Shown here piece after piece: positions 11,456 to 24,066 of a DNA stretch of 64,000 nucleotides (positions within the stretch are counted from its first letter, which is position 1; the number at the start of each line of letters is the position of its first letter). The notes under the pieces are model-generated. The model was not told where the DNA came from. It saw only the letters and a list, made by a program, of their open reading frames with translations, and did no database searches. The position numbers and the translations under genes were made by a program. This DNA is from Bigelowiella natans CCMP2755 (taxonomy: Eukaryota > Protista > Cercozoa), in assembly GCA_000320545.1 (NCBI GenBank), contig ADNK01002159.1:17144-81143 (forward strand), given 5' to 3'.

Positions 11456-13167
11456 TCAGTCTGAAATAGATATTTTCTTCAGCAACGCCTGCAAAATTTC
11501 GGGGAAGGAGTTTGCCACACAGTGACCATGACTTTTGAGCTGAGTGAACTCTGTCTGGGCATTGGAATGTATGCTTCGCCCTTCGTCTATCGGAACAACT
11601 TTGTCATCCTCAGAGTGGAAGTGCAAGATCCAGGAGGCATTTGCCTTCACTTTGTCCCAATTCCAAGGCCGATCATAGTAACCGCAATCTTTCTCTTCCT
11701 CCTCTGTCATGTCTTCCTTCAGCTCCTCAGCCAGCTGGCCTGCAGAACAAACCAACATTCCTGCCACCTTCTCCTTCTCGGCAAGCCGTAGGATTAAGTC
11801 TCCACCGGTAGAGTGCCCGACGAAGATGCAATCTTCGAGTGTCTTTCGTCCTGCGAGCATTTCATCTCTTAGAAATGCCATCCAAATCCGCTCTCTGCAT
11901 TTTCGCGGCTCGGGCATCCCACGCCAAGGCATTATGACGTCAATCCCCCTTGAAACGAGCTCCTTTCCCAGCCAGAAATACCAGTTCGCGCGCATCACAT
12001 GCACATCACCTCCAGCTCCCGGTACAATTACAACGGAAATCTTTCTAAGCCTTTCACTCAACTTTATTTCCTTGGCCCTCCGTGGCCCAACATCCTTTAT
12101 GGCAGACACTCGACGCGCTACTTCGTTCGCAATGACCTCGTCGATGCGCTTCCGAGTTTCGGCCTGATCCTTTTTGAACTTTGCCTTAGCTGCCTCAAGC
12201 CACGACTCTTCACTCAACATAACGGAGGGAATCGTGACGTCGGCTTTTGATTGAATCAGAAGCTTTACTAATGCGTCGCTTGGAGTTGCGTTGGTGGATT
12301 GAAAGTTGACGAGACGGGCGGTCGCTGGACAGTTCCCGCACAGATCCTTCTTGCACGGGTTAGCCTTCGCTTCTATCAGCAACTGGGCAGCTTTTAAATT
12401 TCCCGCAATTACTGCAGAATGGAGGGCAGTGCGTCCTCCAGGGATCAGCTCGAAAGGTGTCTCGACATCGCCGCTTGTGAGCGATACGTCAGCATCTTTG
12501 GCGATGATAGATTGCAGGATCTCTAAGTCACAGTCCACGTTCCCTGCCACACAATGAAGGAGCGATATTCCAGTACTTGACTGCCAGTCTATCTCAAGTT
12601 CTCTCTTCGAAAGGTGCTTGGATGCCAGGAGTGCTGCTGCTAGCTTTACCTCGTCAGCATTGATGCAGAAATAGAGCGCGGGGACGCCGGAAAAGCGTTT
12701 ACCATGCAAAGATCCTCGACCCTGGCTCGCGTCATGCATCGGGAGGAGCACGATCTGCGATTCCAAAACCGGCCGAGATTCGTCATGCTCAAATCCTTGT
12801 GCTGCACAGAGCTCGAGCGCCCGATTCAATTCGTTGCCCTCCTCCAGGATAAGTTTGGCTGCATATTTGAAGAGTCGATCCTTCCTCTCTATCACTCGCT
12901 GCGTCTCCGCCGCCTTTGCCTTCGTCCAGGCTCTATAGACGACCATGCGTCCGAACTTCGTTTCCTTGCCCTTGTCGAGGACCTTATTTTAATCATAAAT
13001 TAGAGCCTCTTGCCACGTGAAAATAAAAGTAAATATCATTTGCGCGTAGGTGCCCTCCTCGTCCCCATCCGCTTCCCCCCCCCTTCATAGACAACCTCAC
13101 GGGCTGATAACTTCGACTCGATCAGGGAAGCCACGAATTCGTCGAGGGTGGCGGCCCCTTCCTCCAT
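11456..13167 (-). CDS. Ankyrin-repeat + RBBP9/YdeN-type serine hydrolase fusion (2 exons)
   Basis: ANK motifs (GISLLHCVA, GRTALHSAVIAGNLKAAQLLIEAKANP) precede an RBBP9-like domain: VIVPG..NWYFW, MPEP, nucleophile GHSTG, GYYDRPWNW, HSEDDKVVP, catalytic GH. The first exon MEEGAATLDEF...ARE| joins VLDKGKETKFGRMVVY. Confidence 0.88.
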
Positions 13168-13418
13168 TTTTACATACGATCTGTATTCGGAAGGAGATTG
13201 ATAGGGGAGAAAATATCTCTGATTGATTTTAAGGTGCGACATGCATCCGACGTTGTCGCAATTAAAAACACCCTTATTCTCTCTGTAGATCTATAAAAAA
13301 ATATTTTTTGGCAATCGTCACGGGTCATTCTTATTATTATTCCTGGTCCACTTCCGGCCCCCACCCCAATTCCCGGACGAAACACATCCCGCAACGATCT
13401 GGAGGGAGGGTCCAGTCC

Positions 13419-15518
13419 ATGCGCTGGGTGCTGGCTGTATGCTTGCTGCTAGGCAGGTTCCCCACCGCCGCTACATTTGAATCAGAGGACGAAGGCTTCT
13501 GTGTTGCGGGGGGGCATTGCGAGCTGAACGAATTACTTGCATCTTACAAAGAACGTCATCTAGCGGTAACCGAGAGTTTAAAGGCCAATAAAGAGCCCCC
13601 TGGCCATGGCTTCATTGTTATGCAGCCGTCTGGTGGTGGTCTGGGAAACCGTGAATTGGTGTCGATATCAGGACTGGCGTTGGCCCTCACCACAGATAGA
13701 GTCGCCCTAGTTGATTGGTACGGAGTCACATCGAACGACATCTCCGATGTACATCAAGTGTATGATTCGCCACACGGTCTTACTTTGAGCTACCCAAAGC
13801 TTAGATCACTTTGGCCCTCTTGGTCCGGGTGGAAGAGTGAGAAAATGTACATCTTTGATAGCACGAACGTATACAACCAAATGTGGGGGGCAGATGAGAT
13901 GGTGTGTACAGACCTGAAGTCAGAGTTAAAGAACGTTAAAGTTCTTCGCGTGATTACAGAACAATATGTGACAAGCCTCGTGACACATAACCCAAAGGTG
14001 CGTCACATCTTCGAACCTCTCATGCCAAACCTGTATCAGCACCTCTCCAGTTTCTTCGTTCGGCCTCTCAGCGTGATAGCGGACCGAGTCGAGGAATTCT
14101 ACCTGTCGCACATGAAAGAGAACTATGTCATAGGAATTCAAGTGAGGCGAGCTCAAAATAGCGGTCACTTCTTTCTGTGGGAGGATCAGCATCTGTTTTG
14201 GGAATGCGCCTTGATGATGGCATCGCGTGCTTCTCGTCGGCAACAACGGCCTGTTGTCTTCTTTATCGCAACTGACTCTGAAAGTGTGAGGAGCGAGGCA
14301 GTTCAGGCTCTCGGTAAAGTATATCAGGTGTTGACGGTGGAAATGGATACCCGTAAGCCGGATACGAGGGGCGACGAGGGGTGGCAAAACGCGCTGGTGG
14401 ACAACTACGTGCTATCTCGCTGTGACGACATGCTAGTGTCAGGAGGCTCCACCTTCGGTTATGTCGCGCATGGGCGGAGCGACGTGATTCCTATGGTCGT
14501 GTCTGGTTTTCATAGACGATGTATGCGCCCGCCCACCGCTGAGCCTTACAACATAGGCTATCTTGCGATTAAGAAGGTGTCCTGCTTTGACCCGAAGGCT
14601 ATGCTGACGCAGGAAACGGATATGATCTGTTCGAGTGTGCAATCGGTGCACTCGTGCGCCTCCCATAGCGCTGAGCTCATGGCGGACATCATGGGGCCGA
14701 CGAAGAAGCCTCATTTCGACCTGGGAGAGGAGCAGAATCTCCCCAAATCTTACCTGAAATATGCCAAATCGACTGCAGTAGCGAAGAAAAAGATGAGGAA
14801 ATGGCAACAGTCTGACGTCGTGGGCATGATTGAGGAAGCTCATGTCCATACCATTAACAATCGGTTCGCAAAAGCAAAGGACATATATGCTCGGGCTGCG
14901 GTTGCAGCAGCTTCCAAGGGCGATAGTGCTGCAGCTGGTGATGCGTTCTACGCTCTGGCCGGCTGCCTGTTGCTCTCCACTTCTCGCGCAAAAGAGACGG
15001 GGGAAGACACGAACGTGTTGTTCTCCGAGGCGATGAAAGCGCTGTACTCAGGTCTGCGGCTGTCCCCGTATAGGGTTGAGGCCAACATAATCATGGGCAA
15101 TTTTATGGAGATATGGGGAGGCACTCCCCGTAGCCATGTCGGGGTACAGTTTTACCGCAGAGCTCAATGGTGCTTGGAAGCGGAGACGTTTGAATACGAT
15201 GTGGAAGAAGACAATTTGGGAAGCAACCACCATGTCCACACGAAATGGGTCGGCGGCTGTGCTTTGATGGGGATTCCCCTCGAAGAGGCAGCTGAAATGG
15301 TCAGCCTAGACATGATTCTTCTCACAAGCTACGTGCACTTAGCCCGCAGCCTCGGCAAGGCCGGGAGACAGAACGAGGCGAGAGAGATGAGCAAAGTCAT
15401 GGAGGATGACCTTCCGCCGGAAGTATTTGAATTGAGGGAAAAGGTGGACACTCTATTGAGTCCGGAGCTTGTGAGAATGCTCTTGGGTGCCGATTTTCTC
15501 GCAAGGCAACAAGGATAG
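13419..15518 (+). CDS. GT37-like (xyloglucan fucosyltransferase-type) fucosyltransferase with C-terminal TPR-like helices; intronless
   Basis: Signal peptide MRWVLAVCLLLG. GLGNR...ALTTDRVALVDW, IGIQVR, FIATDS and ALVDNYVLSRCD...STFGYVAHG are the GDP-fucose-binding motifs of plant FUT1-type enzymes. The C-terminal ~230 aa have TPR-like repeats (AKDIYARA, GLRLSPYRVEANIIMG, LARSLGKAGRQNEA). Confidence 0.85.
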   Translation: MRWVLAVCLLLGRFPTAATFESEDEGFCVAGGHCELNELLASYKERHLAVTESLKANKEPPGHGFIVMQPSGGGLGNRELVSISGLALALTTDRVALVDWYGVTSNDISDVHQVYDSPHGLTLSYPKLRSLWPSWSGWKSEKMYIFDSTNVYNQMWGADEMVCTDLKSELKNVKVLRVITEQYVTSLVTHNPKVRHIFEPLMPNLYQHLSSFFVRPLSVIADRVEEFYLSHMKENYVIGIQVRRAQNSGHFFLWEDQHLFWECALMMASRASRRQQRPVVFFIATDSESVRSEAVQALGKVYQVLTVEMDTRKPDTRGDEGWQNALVDNYVLSRCDDMLVSGGSTFGYVAHGRSDVIPMVVSGFHRRCMRPPTAEPYNIGYLAIKKVSCFDPKAMLTQETDMICSSVQSVHSCASHSAELMADIMGPTKKPHFDLGEEQNLPKSYLKYAKSTAVAKKKMRKWQQSDVVGMIEEAHVHTINNRFAKAKDIYARAAVAAASKGDSAAAGDAFYALAGCLLLSTSRAKETGEDTNVLFSEAMKALYSGLRLSPYRVEANIIMGNFMEIWGGTPRSHVGVQFYRRAQWCLEAETFEYDVEEDNLGSNHHVHTKWVGGCALMGIPLEEAAEMVSLDMILLTSYVHLARSLGKAGRQNEAREMSKVMEDDLPPEVFELREKVDTLLSPELVRMLLGADFLARQQG

Positions 15519-15777
15519 GCGAGTTTTAGCAGTGGAATATTAGATACGTTGTCGTAGTAAGACAGTTCATTTGCGATTTGATATGCAATCGAAATAAACG
15601 CCATTTCGCCCTCGTTCGATGGGTATCGTAGAAAATTGATTATAGACGTGCGTGGCAAATTTACAGCAGTAGCTCATGTTATGTATGACGGTAGCGGCGG
15701 ACGCGCGTTGCTGGGAAATATAGGTCTAGGTCACATGCATGTTGTCAGCATTTGTATCTCTATGTATACGATGTAAG

Positions 15778-15844
<67 letters not shown>

Positions 15845-16356
15845 CGTGTGTAACGATGTTGATGATATTTGTTGCGCGTTTTAAGTTTTGCTCCTATCAT
15901 TGTTCTATGCCATAGCGAGTTAATCTTGCGTATAGACTGTGCCTGCACTGCGTTGCGCAGCTATTGATTATCAGTTACCAGTTAGTTCTGCGTAAGTAAC
16001 AATGAACAACATGACTTTGATGGCTAAATTACATGCATCTACAGCGTTATGTGTAACATACAACTATGTCATGTAGGTGGAATTCTCGCTATATGCGCTC
16101 GATATATGGAATATCACGCTACAGCGCTGCATGCTATGCGATGATAGACTGCATTCATAGCATACATGCTGAAGCACGGCAACGTGTGCACAATGGTAGG
16201 CACGACTGTATCACACTATACATCTGCATATATGTATAGTTACAGCTCACACAGTGATGCCTCGCTTGTGATACGCATCTTAATATCTTACGCCCTACTA
16301 CCACATACATATGTGCTAGAATCGCATACATTTAACATCATACAGTACGTATTTTG

Positions 16357-17725
16357 TTAACATATTTCAACCAATTTTCCCGGCTCATTTTCGACGATAC
16401 TGATGCCACTTTGCTCAAAAATAGCCACCCCTGCACCTTCTGTACTGCTTGAAACCAAGCTTGAGAGCACTCCACTGGCCTCTATTTCCCCGTTACGGAG
16501 TGGAATTAAATGCCGTGCCTGAATATGATCATCGTCACCGCACCATAACTGATCTAGTACAATTTCTACTGCAACTTAAGTCTCATGGTGGTGCAGAAGG
16601 CATCCACATACCTTCAAATGTCTTGCCAAAGCCATTGCTCGCTCCTCACCGTGAACCAACGTAAGGAACGGTAGCTCCTGGCGCTTTGTGGGCACAATTA
16701 CGATGTCTGCTTCCATTCCCTGCAGCAACTTAGAATCCAAATCGACGTCGTTGTGGGGCTCGTAATATACGCTCGGCCCCTCCCATTTCACAATATAACC
16801 GTTTTCAGGATCCTGCCATGGCGGGCCTACCAGCGAGCCCGGGGTTGCGCGTATGAGTAAAGGCCCGAGGCCAACAGAAGTTCCTGGACGAAGTATGCAC
16901 AGCTCCGTTTCATTGAATACTTCTAACAGACGCGATTTTGCGGACGGTGGGGCAATAATGATCGGGGGGCTTGGGTTGTTCTGTTATTCCGTAAAATCAC
17001 AGTCACTCAATGTTTGTGTGGCAGAATAGAGCATGATGGGCAAGCTCTCCGGGAGACTCCCGATTCGATGCGAGAGCTAGAACTCGACACAAAATCATAC
17101 ACGATATATTAGTTGAAACCTGAAACAGGCGTTTCTTTAAGAGCTTGAGCGTCGGCAAGTGGGTGTGGTCGTCGAGGGCCTGTGTCAGTAGGATGCCAAT
17201 AGGTTTCTGCTGCACAATCCTGTCGATCGTTTCTTGCTCGTTGCGCAAGATACGAGGCCTTGCTGAATAAAACCCCTGGGGCAAGGAGAAATCCAGGGTG
17301 CCAACAAGTGGGTCGACGACTATGCTCACGCCCGGCTCCTTCGAAGATAACGTCGATGATGGTGATGATGATGGCGACGGGTACGAAGAGGTGTGGCGGA
17401 AGTTCCAGAGCTGTCCGTTTACCTTAGTTACACAATAATCACTCTCCCTTTTCTTCTCTTAAAACGCCAGGATAAATTCATCTGCCTTTAAAAAAAAAAA
17501 CCTGCGTTTGATTTCCTTTTATTTTCAAGTTACCTCGAGATGCATGTATCCGAAGGAGGCGGCTGTCGATCCAGCGAATACCCATGGCCGCGTCGCGGCT
17601 TGGCCCACCCTTTGAGCAGAATACCCCGGATATCTCCGAACCGTAACGCAAATAAAGTACATCAAAAGACTCGCGACGGCCACAATGCCGGCCCGAGCCC
17701 TCCTCCGAGCCGAGCGTGTGGCCAT
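16357..17725 (-). CDS. Metallo-beta-lactamase-fold protein of cyanobacterial/plastid type, with bipartite targeting leader (4 exons)
   Basis: YMHLE|VNGQLW, IVVDPLVGTLDF, LLTQALDDHTHLPTL, TPGSLVGPPWQDPENGY, YYEPH and IPLRNGEIEASG. The N-terminal basic stretch, hydrophobic helix (GIVAVASLLMYFICVTV) and R/S/A-rich segment form the leader. Confidence 0.85.
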
Positions 17726-18478
17726 AATGGCCACTCTGCACTGGGCACGCAGAAAGGCCAAATTCCTCAATTCTCTCCCAGGTCCTAAAATAAGAAAAGT
17801 GGCCAGTTTTTCCAGTCGCTCGTCCTAAATGACATGGAATTACTTGATTTAATGCTCAGATATTTTCTCGAAAACGAGAGATTACGCAATGTTGCTGAGG
17901 CTGACAACGTCGTCGCCGACTTTTATAGGATTTTCTGAAATCGCTCGCGATTCGCAGATTGCCCATTGGAATTTAGGCTATTTTGGGATCCAAACACCTC
18001 GAGCAACTGACGTGTAGCACGGGTGCAACAGTGCGAGGACGACTTGTGGAATCGGATGTATTCTTCCTTGTCGTAGACTCGAAATTCAGGCAATATTCGA
18101 TCGGAAATTTGAAATTAGTTCCGAGCTGATTGGCGCCATCACCAGTGCCATCCACCCAATGGCCTCATTAAGTACTTCCCCCATCCCCATCCCCCATGCA
18201 GTTTCGATGACCACCGTGAACAAAGAAAATGTTCTAGATATGGCTAGGAATTACTATAGATCTACCGTAGCGATTTTTTCTTCAAAGTCTTTCTTCATAA
18301 TTTTCCTGTGGGGGGAAGGATGGTCATGCCGGAAAAAATAAATCAAAGCTATCTTTCCAAAACATCACAACCCCCTTCCATCTATCGGAAAAGCATCATA
18401 TTATGCCATACTATTTGTCCTTTCGACTCCTCTAATTGAGGAGGCTAAAAACAATTACAAGCTCCCTCCACGAGGGGT

Positions 18479-19506
18479 ATGCTGAAGATGTGCTCTAACG
18501 GTGCGCAATGTTGTTCATCAGGAGATCAGCTGGTGGGGGCATGCAGCCTTATCGCTTTGGTGTCAGTTTGCATGTTGCTTATAAATTCCTCATCGCTTCC
18601 CCTAGGGAAACCCTTTTCCGCCAAAAGGTGGTTCATTGGCTGTAGAAGAGTAGGATTGCTATAAAGTCGCTGATATTTTTCGCTGTAACACCGTGTATTT
18701 TTTGTTTCAGATCGGGGATCACCATTCGTCCCACTTCATGGCGTCAAAAAAGCTTTCGGAGGACCATCCCTGAAACAGAAGCTGCTTCCGGATTGGGCTA
18801 CCGACAGAGCATGTGCAACGGCCAGAGATCTACAACGAGGAGGCCGCTACGACATCACGCATACTTTCGTGACTTTATTGTCGGTCTCCAAGGCGAGAAT
18901 GACACCGATAAGAGGCGCACCTCCAACCAACTGGATCGACCCAAAAAGGAAGGGGTGAACAAGAAAGGGGTTGTGCGTTCCTCTCTCCTCGCTCAAAGCC
19001 AGGACACTAAATTATCAGTGCCAAAAACTGCGCCTTCATCATTATCGGTGCGAAACGGTGTAAGCAGCACCAGCAGCAGCAATAATGCCTCCGGCTGTAC
19101 CTGGCAAGAAGCCGGGGTTGGAGGCCGCGTGGAGGCTCCAAAAAAGTTTCCCATCATATTGGTACTGCTGAGAAAGAGCGGGGGGGGGGGGGGGGGGGGA
19201 GCATGCGGATGCGAAGAGTGTTGACGGTTAGCTGGGGTTCCAACAACTGACGCAAACATTGCTTCGCAGGTTCTCCCTGGCTTTGGAAACTGTCAGGTGT
19301 GAATTTACGATGTGTTTGCCATATTTTAGAATGTTTTTCTCATTGCTGCTCGCAAGCGCCCGGCGGCCACACATACACATACACATATACATGCACATGC
19401 ACAAGCACACAACACAGATACACGTGTACACACATTGCTTGTAACAAGTACAAAGCAGCCTACCTACTGCAGCATATAAGAATGACTCCATCCATGTATA
19501 AGTGAG

Positions 19507-19546
<40 letters not shown>

Positions 19547-19573
19547 TGTATAATATACATAAATATGTGTGTA

Positions 19574-19615
<42 letters not shown>

Positions 19616-21065
19616 GTGTGTGGGTGTCTGCGTGTTATTGAGACATAAATATACATATTCGCAGAGCGACTACGTGGAGATGCTTGGCTCGCAGATTTCC
19701 CTCACAGGAGCACTTAATGCGCGCGGATTCAGGGCCACCGTTTTACCGATAGAAAGAGTGGAATGGTTCAATGTCGCGAAGGGACTACTTTCGCTAGACT
19801 TCTGGCGCTCGAAATCACTGCCGTCCGGACCCGGATATAACTGGTATTCATCTCCGTTTAACCCCCCCCCCAAACCGTCATCAGCGCACGTTCTACGATG
19901 TTCTTGTTCTCTCCCTGTTATAGTTGTCAATTTCACCTCCTCGATATGAAGCATCGAATAAGTTGTCATTATCATCAGACCTGTAATATTTATTATTATT
20001 ATTATTGTTGTTGTTGTTGTTGTTGTTGTTGTAATGGGACGCCGTTGTGCTCTCTCTCTCTCTCACCTCGAAGGTATATCAACCGGATAAATGAAACCAT
20101 AACAGAGCTGCTGTCGCACACAGACGAAGAGGTCAATCACCCCTACTCACTCACCACCGACAATGCCGGCAGAACTAGTTGAGATGGGAAGGGGCATTTC
20201 ATATACATGTATTACATGTAGTATCTATTACCACTCGATGCTGGACTGCCCCTCCTCCTCTTCCCCCTCCTCCTCCTCCTCCTCCTCCTCCTCCTCCTTC
20301 TGACATTGGCTTCACTCCTCAGCACGTTGTCCTGGTCGCCCACTCCGCTGGAGGTAGGAACAAGAGAGGGCTTTAGAGGAGGAGGAGGGGGGGGGGGGGG
20401 CTACGCCTGCATTCTATTATCACTATTGCTTCACTTGTCCTCATAATAATAGGCCTCTAATCATCATCTGTATTATATCTTCTCCTGCTGTTTGCTTTAT
20501 CCTCGCAGGGTGGTTGGCACGTGCGTATTTAGCTGAGAGGGAAGACGACCATAGAGTCAGCGCTCTGGTCACTTTAGGTTGCTGCTGCTGCTGCTGCTGC
20601 TGCTGCCTCCTCAGTAGAGACTTTCCGTCTACTCCTTTCCGCGGCGACGAAAGAGAGAAAGGAGCTTGGAAGAAAGAAAAAGAAACGAGAAAGAGAGCGT
20701 TCTTTGGGGGGGGGGGGCTTGCGAATCTACACTTGTCTGATGCATCATCATACAATTTCTAATAGCATCTTTTCAAATCCTCCTTTTCTTTCACCCAAAG
20801 CATAATCTTTTCTGATTTTTCCCCTCCCAGGCACGCCACACCATAATGAAGGGGGAACCGACGTCACGAGAGGCGTCCTACCGTACGTGGAAGAACAAGA
20901 AGAAGAAGAAGAAGAATACAAAACAACAACACACAACAAGAAAGGCACAGACAACGAGGCATTCCTTCACCCTCTCTTCAATCTTCCGCCACCCCCTTCT
21001 CTCTCTCCTAGTGCTATCATTGGAGTGTTGTTATTTATTATTGTTGTTATGTTCGTGACTAGTAA

Positions 21066-21110
<45 letters not shown>

Positions 21111-22272
21111 TCGTTGCTCTCGCAGCTATTTGAACGAGCAGTTCCCCGGCGCTCATTTAGATGGCATTCGCTACATCTCTGTGGCCGGCAAGGCGATCCA
21201 AGGCTCCACGGTAGTTGTAGCAGTAGTAGCAGCTGCATCTTCTCATATCAACACGAACAGCATGTAGTAGCTTTGGGGGGGGGGGGGGGGAAGCGGAAAA
21301 GTAATACCACAACCACTTAAAGGAGTATATATTGGGAAACTACTGCGGTCTTTCGTCGTGTCATCTATCAGCATCATGTCATATCACTACCATTTATCGT
21401 TACATTATCCCCCCCCCCCCCCCCTTGTTCAGAAGCGAGAGGGGCGCAAGTCTGCCAAAGCGGCCTTCGCAGCCTACCACCAAGTGTGTGGAAAGGGAGA
21501 CGTGTTTGGCGATGGCGTAATACCCTTGGAAGCGGCGCATCTGCCAGGGGCGCGACAGGTTATTTCAACAACAACAACAACAACAGCCACCACCACCACC
21601 AATGGGCTGCTAGCACTATAGAGGCTGCTCTCAGCGAATGAAAAAACAAGTGGTGGGGAAAAAAAAATTAGTGCGAGCAACTTCGTATTAGCCGGATTGA
21701 CCACCACGTTTTACCACTGAGTGTAGCCTTCACATACTTGTATGTAGGGGGGGGGGGGGGGAGCGGGTTTGCACTAATCTTGGCTCTTTCGTTTTCCCTT
21801 CAAATCCTCGTTGTTCTTATTATTGATACCCTACCTTCCCCTCCTCCTCCCCACTTCGTCGCCGTCGCAGGTGACGCTAGATGGCGTATGGCACTCTATT
21901 GATAAGGCGGATTCGTGGTATGGCTCGGACGGTACGTTTGTGCTGCTGTGCCAATGCAAGTGTATGAGAGAGAGAGCGAGAGAGAGAGAGAGAGAGTTTC
22001 TAAGTGTACGTGCGTAGAGGGGGGCGGGGGTTGAGAGGGATTGGTGATCATTAGGTTGAAAAGAAGAGATGAGTGTCAAAGTGATGACGCGGTGTACTCG
22101 AAGACTACCATCGATTGGTGATGCAGAGAAGCCTATTCTAAATTACATCCTACCCCTCTACTACACCCTTCCTCCCCTCCTCTCCCCTCTCCTCTGCAAC
22201 CATGCGGAATGAGCAGGAAATATTGACCGTTGGTTGTGGAGCCTTTGTGAGGAATGCGATGACGTCGTTTAG
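18479..22272 (+). CDS. Alpha/beta hydrolase (PGAP1-like/cyanobacterial lipase-like), probably plastid targeted (about 12 exons)
   Basis: PIIL|VLPGFGNCQ|SDY, nucleophile VAHSAGG|WLAR, LVTLG|TPH, DVTRG, YISVAG, GDGVIPLEAAHLPGA, LDGVWHS and WYGSD|GNIDRW. The N-terminus is a hydrophobic signal followed by an R/S/T-rich transit-like segment. Confidence 0.88.
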
Positions 22273-22392
22273 GTGAGGGAGGGAGAAAGGGAAGGGGGGG
22301 GGGGGGAGGTATAAGAAATACATGCTGCCTATTGTTGCCTTTTATTCTCGAAATACCTAGCAAGTGTTTGTGTTTTAAAAAATGATGTGTGC

Positions 22393-22427
<35 letters not shown>

Positions 22428-22475
22428 TACGCGCGAATATCAGTGTTCAGTAGGTCGGTCCTGGTCTCTCAAATT

Positions 22476-22537
<62 letters not shown>

Positions 22538-23778
22538 GCTCCCGAAATGTCCTCCTCCTCCTCCTCCTCCTCCTCCTCCTCCTGGTCTACGGAGAACGAA
22601 GTCCAATGCTTTTCGCCATCACCAGTTTACTTCACCGTCCGACCCTTCCCAATCTTAATTTTACACCGCCGTCTTCATCGTCGTCATCGTCGAGTACCTA
22701 CCCCCATATCGTTAGCGCACGGGAACCCCCGCTACCACAACTACTTCTGCTACTACTACTACTACTACTACTACTACTGCTCCTCTTCCTGTGCCTCCTG
22801 CTTCAGTGGCAATAATATAGTTGTACCGAGGAGTGTCCGTTGTCTACGTTAAATCGATGGCAGCAGCAGCAGCATCAACATCATCCCCACCCCCCTAATT
22901 AACTAACGACCGATATCCACGACGACATGTAAACAAAAAGTCACCGAAGAATAGAATTTTACATACAACCGGGACATCAGCAGCAGCAACCACCCGGAAC
23001 ACGCATGGAAAGATATTACGATGATATATACTAGTAGTGACCCTTCCGCGTTGCCCCTGGCGATGTATCACAATATTGCCTAGAAAAATAGCCGCGCTAT
23101 ATAGATCGACAGGAAGGTTATAATGAAGACCGTCAGATACAAGATAGACAACCAACCAAAATATTTTACAATAGCTAGATAGAGTGGAGCTATGATTGCC
23201 AGCGACGACTTCAGCCCCTGACAAGTTACATCCGCCATAAATGCGAGTGCGTCTGCCCGAGCCTCATCACCTTCTACTCCTCTTTTCAGAGGCAGTACAA
23301 GGGCTCACAAACAACGTCGCCCTGCGACACTGAGGACCGTGGTGGTGTTCATTCGTCCATGGTGGATGGGATGTCAACAACAGCTTGAAGCAGCAACGTC
23401 GACAAGATGTTGCTTTGCTGGTAATAATCCTGACCATAGAATGGCGTAAGCCCTGCTAATACATATTGCCTTGAAGTATTTGCTGATGTATATAACATGT
23501 GTACGTGTGCAGTGCGCAGCATGCGACTGCATGCATGGCGCTACGCTACGCTGTAGCTGTGCATGTGACAACTTTGCTAGCAGGATGCGAATAAACGATT
23601 TCTCGTCGCTCGAGTAGCAATGTAAGCTGGCGATATGCATGCGCGTGAGGAATCGCGCGCTGCTTTCACAGGCACTAGATACGCATGCGAGTGCCGTGTA
23701 CGCACCGAATATAACCGCATCACCGGCATGCAAGCATAGCAAATTAGCTAATGTAAGTCTTAATATAATTTTACACTT

Positions 23779-24021
23779 CTACAACTTTGCCGGGCGAAGA
23801 ACCATGTCTCCAATACTTGCTCCCTGGCTCATCCTCGCCTGAGCTAGCAAAAACCACTGAAGCGAGTACAGCAGGCCTGCGGGTACATCCTGCAAATCAC
23901 ACATCATACGTCAGCATCATCACTAGCGTAAAGTCGGAAAGCAAGAAGCACGAGTCGGCACATGTACTAAATAGAAGCAGCTTGGCTGTACACGCTGCAG
24001 CACCTACACCGTTCGATATAT

Positions 24022-24066
<45 letters not shown>

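Noticed and set aside
22895-23224. 109-aa minus ORF or TAG-readthrough plus frame as a transposon or alternative-genetic-code gene
   Set aside because: No RT, transposase or integrase motif; TAG is used as a normal stop in neighbouring genes.
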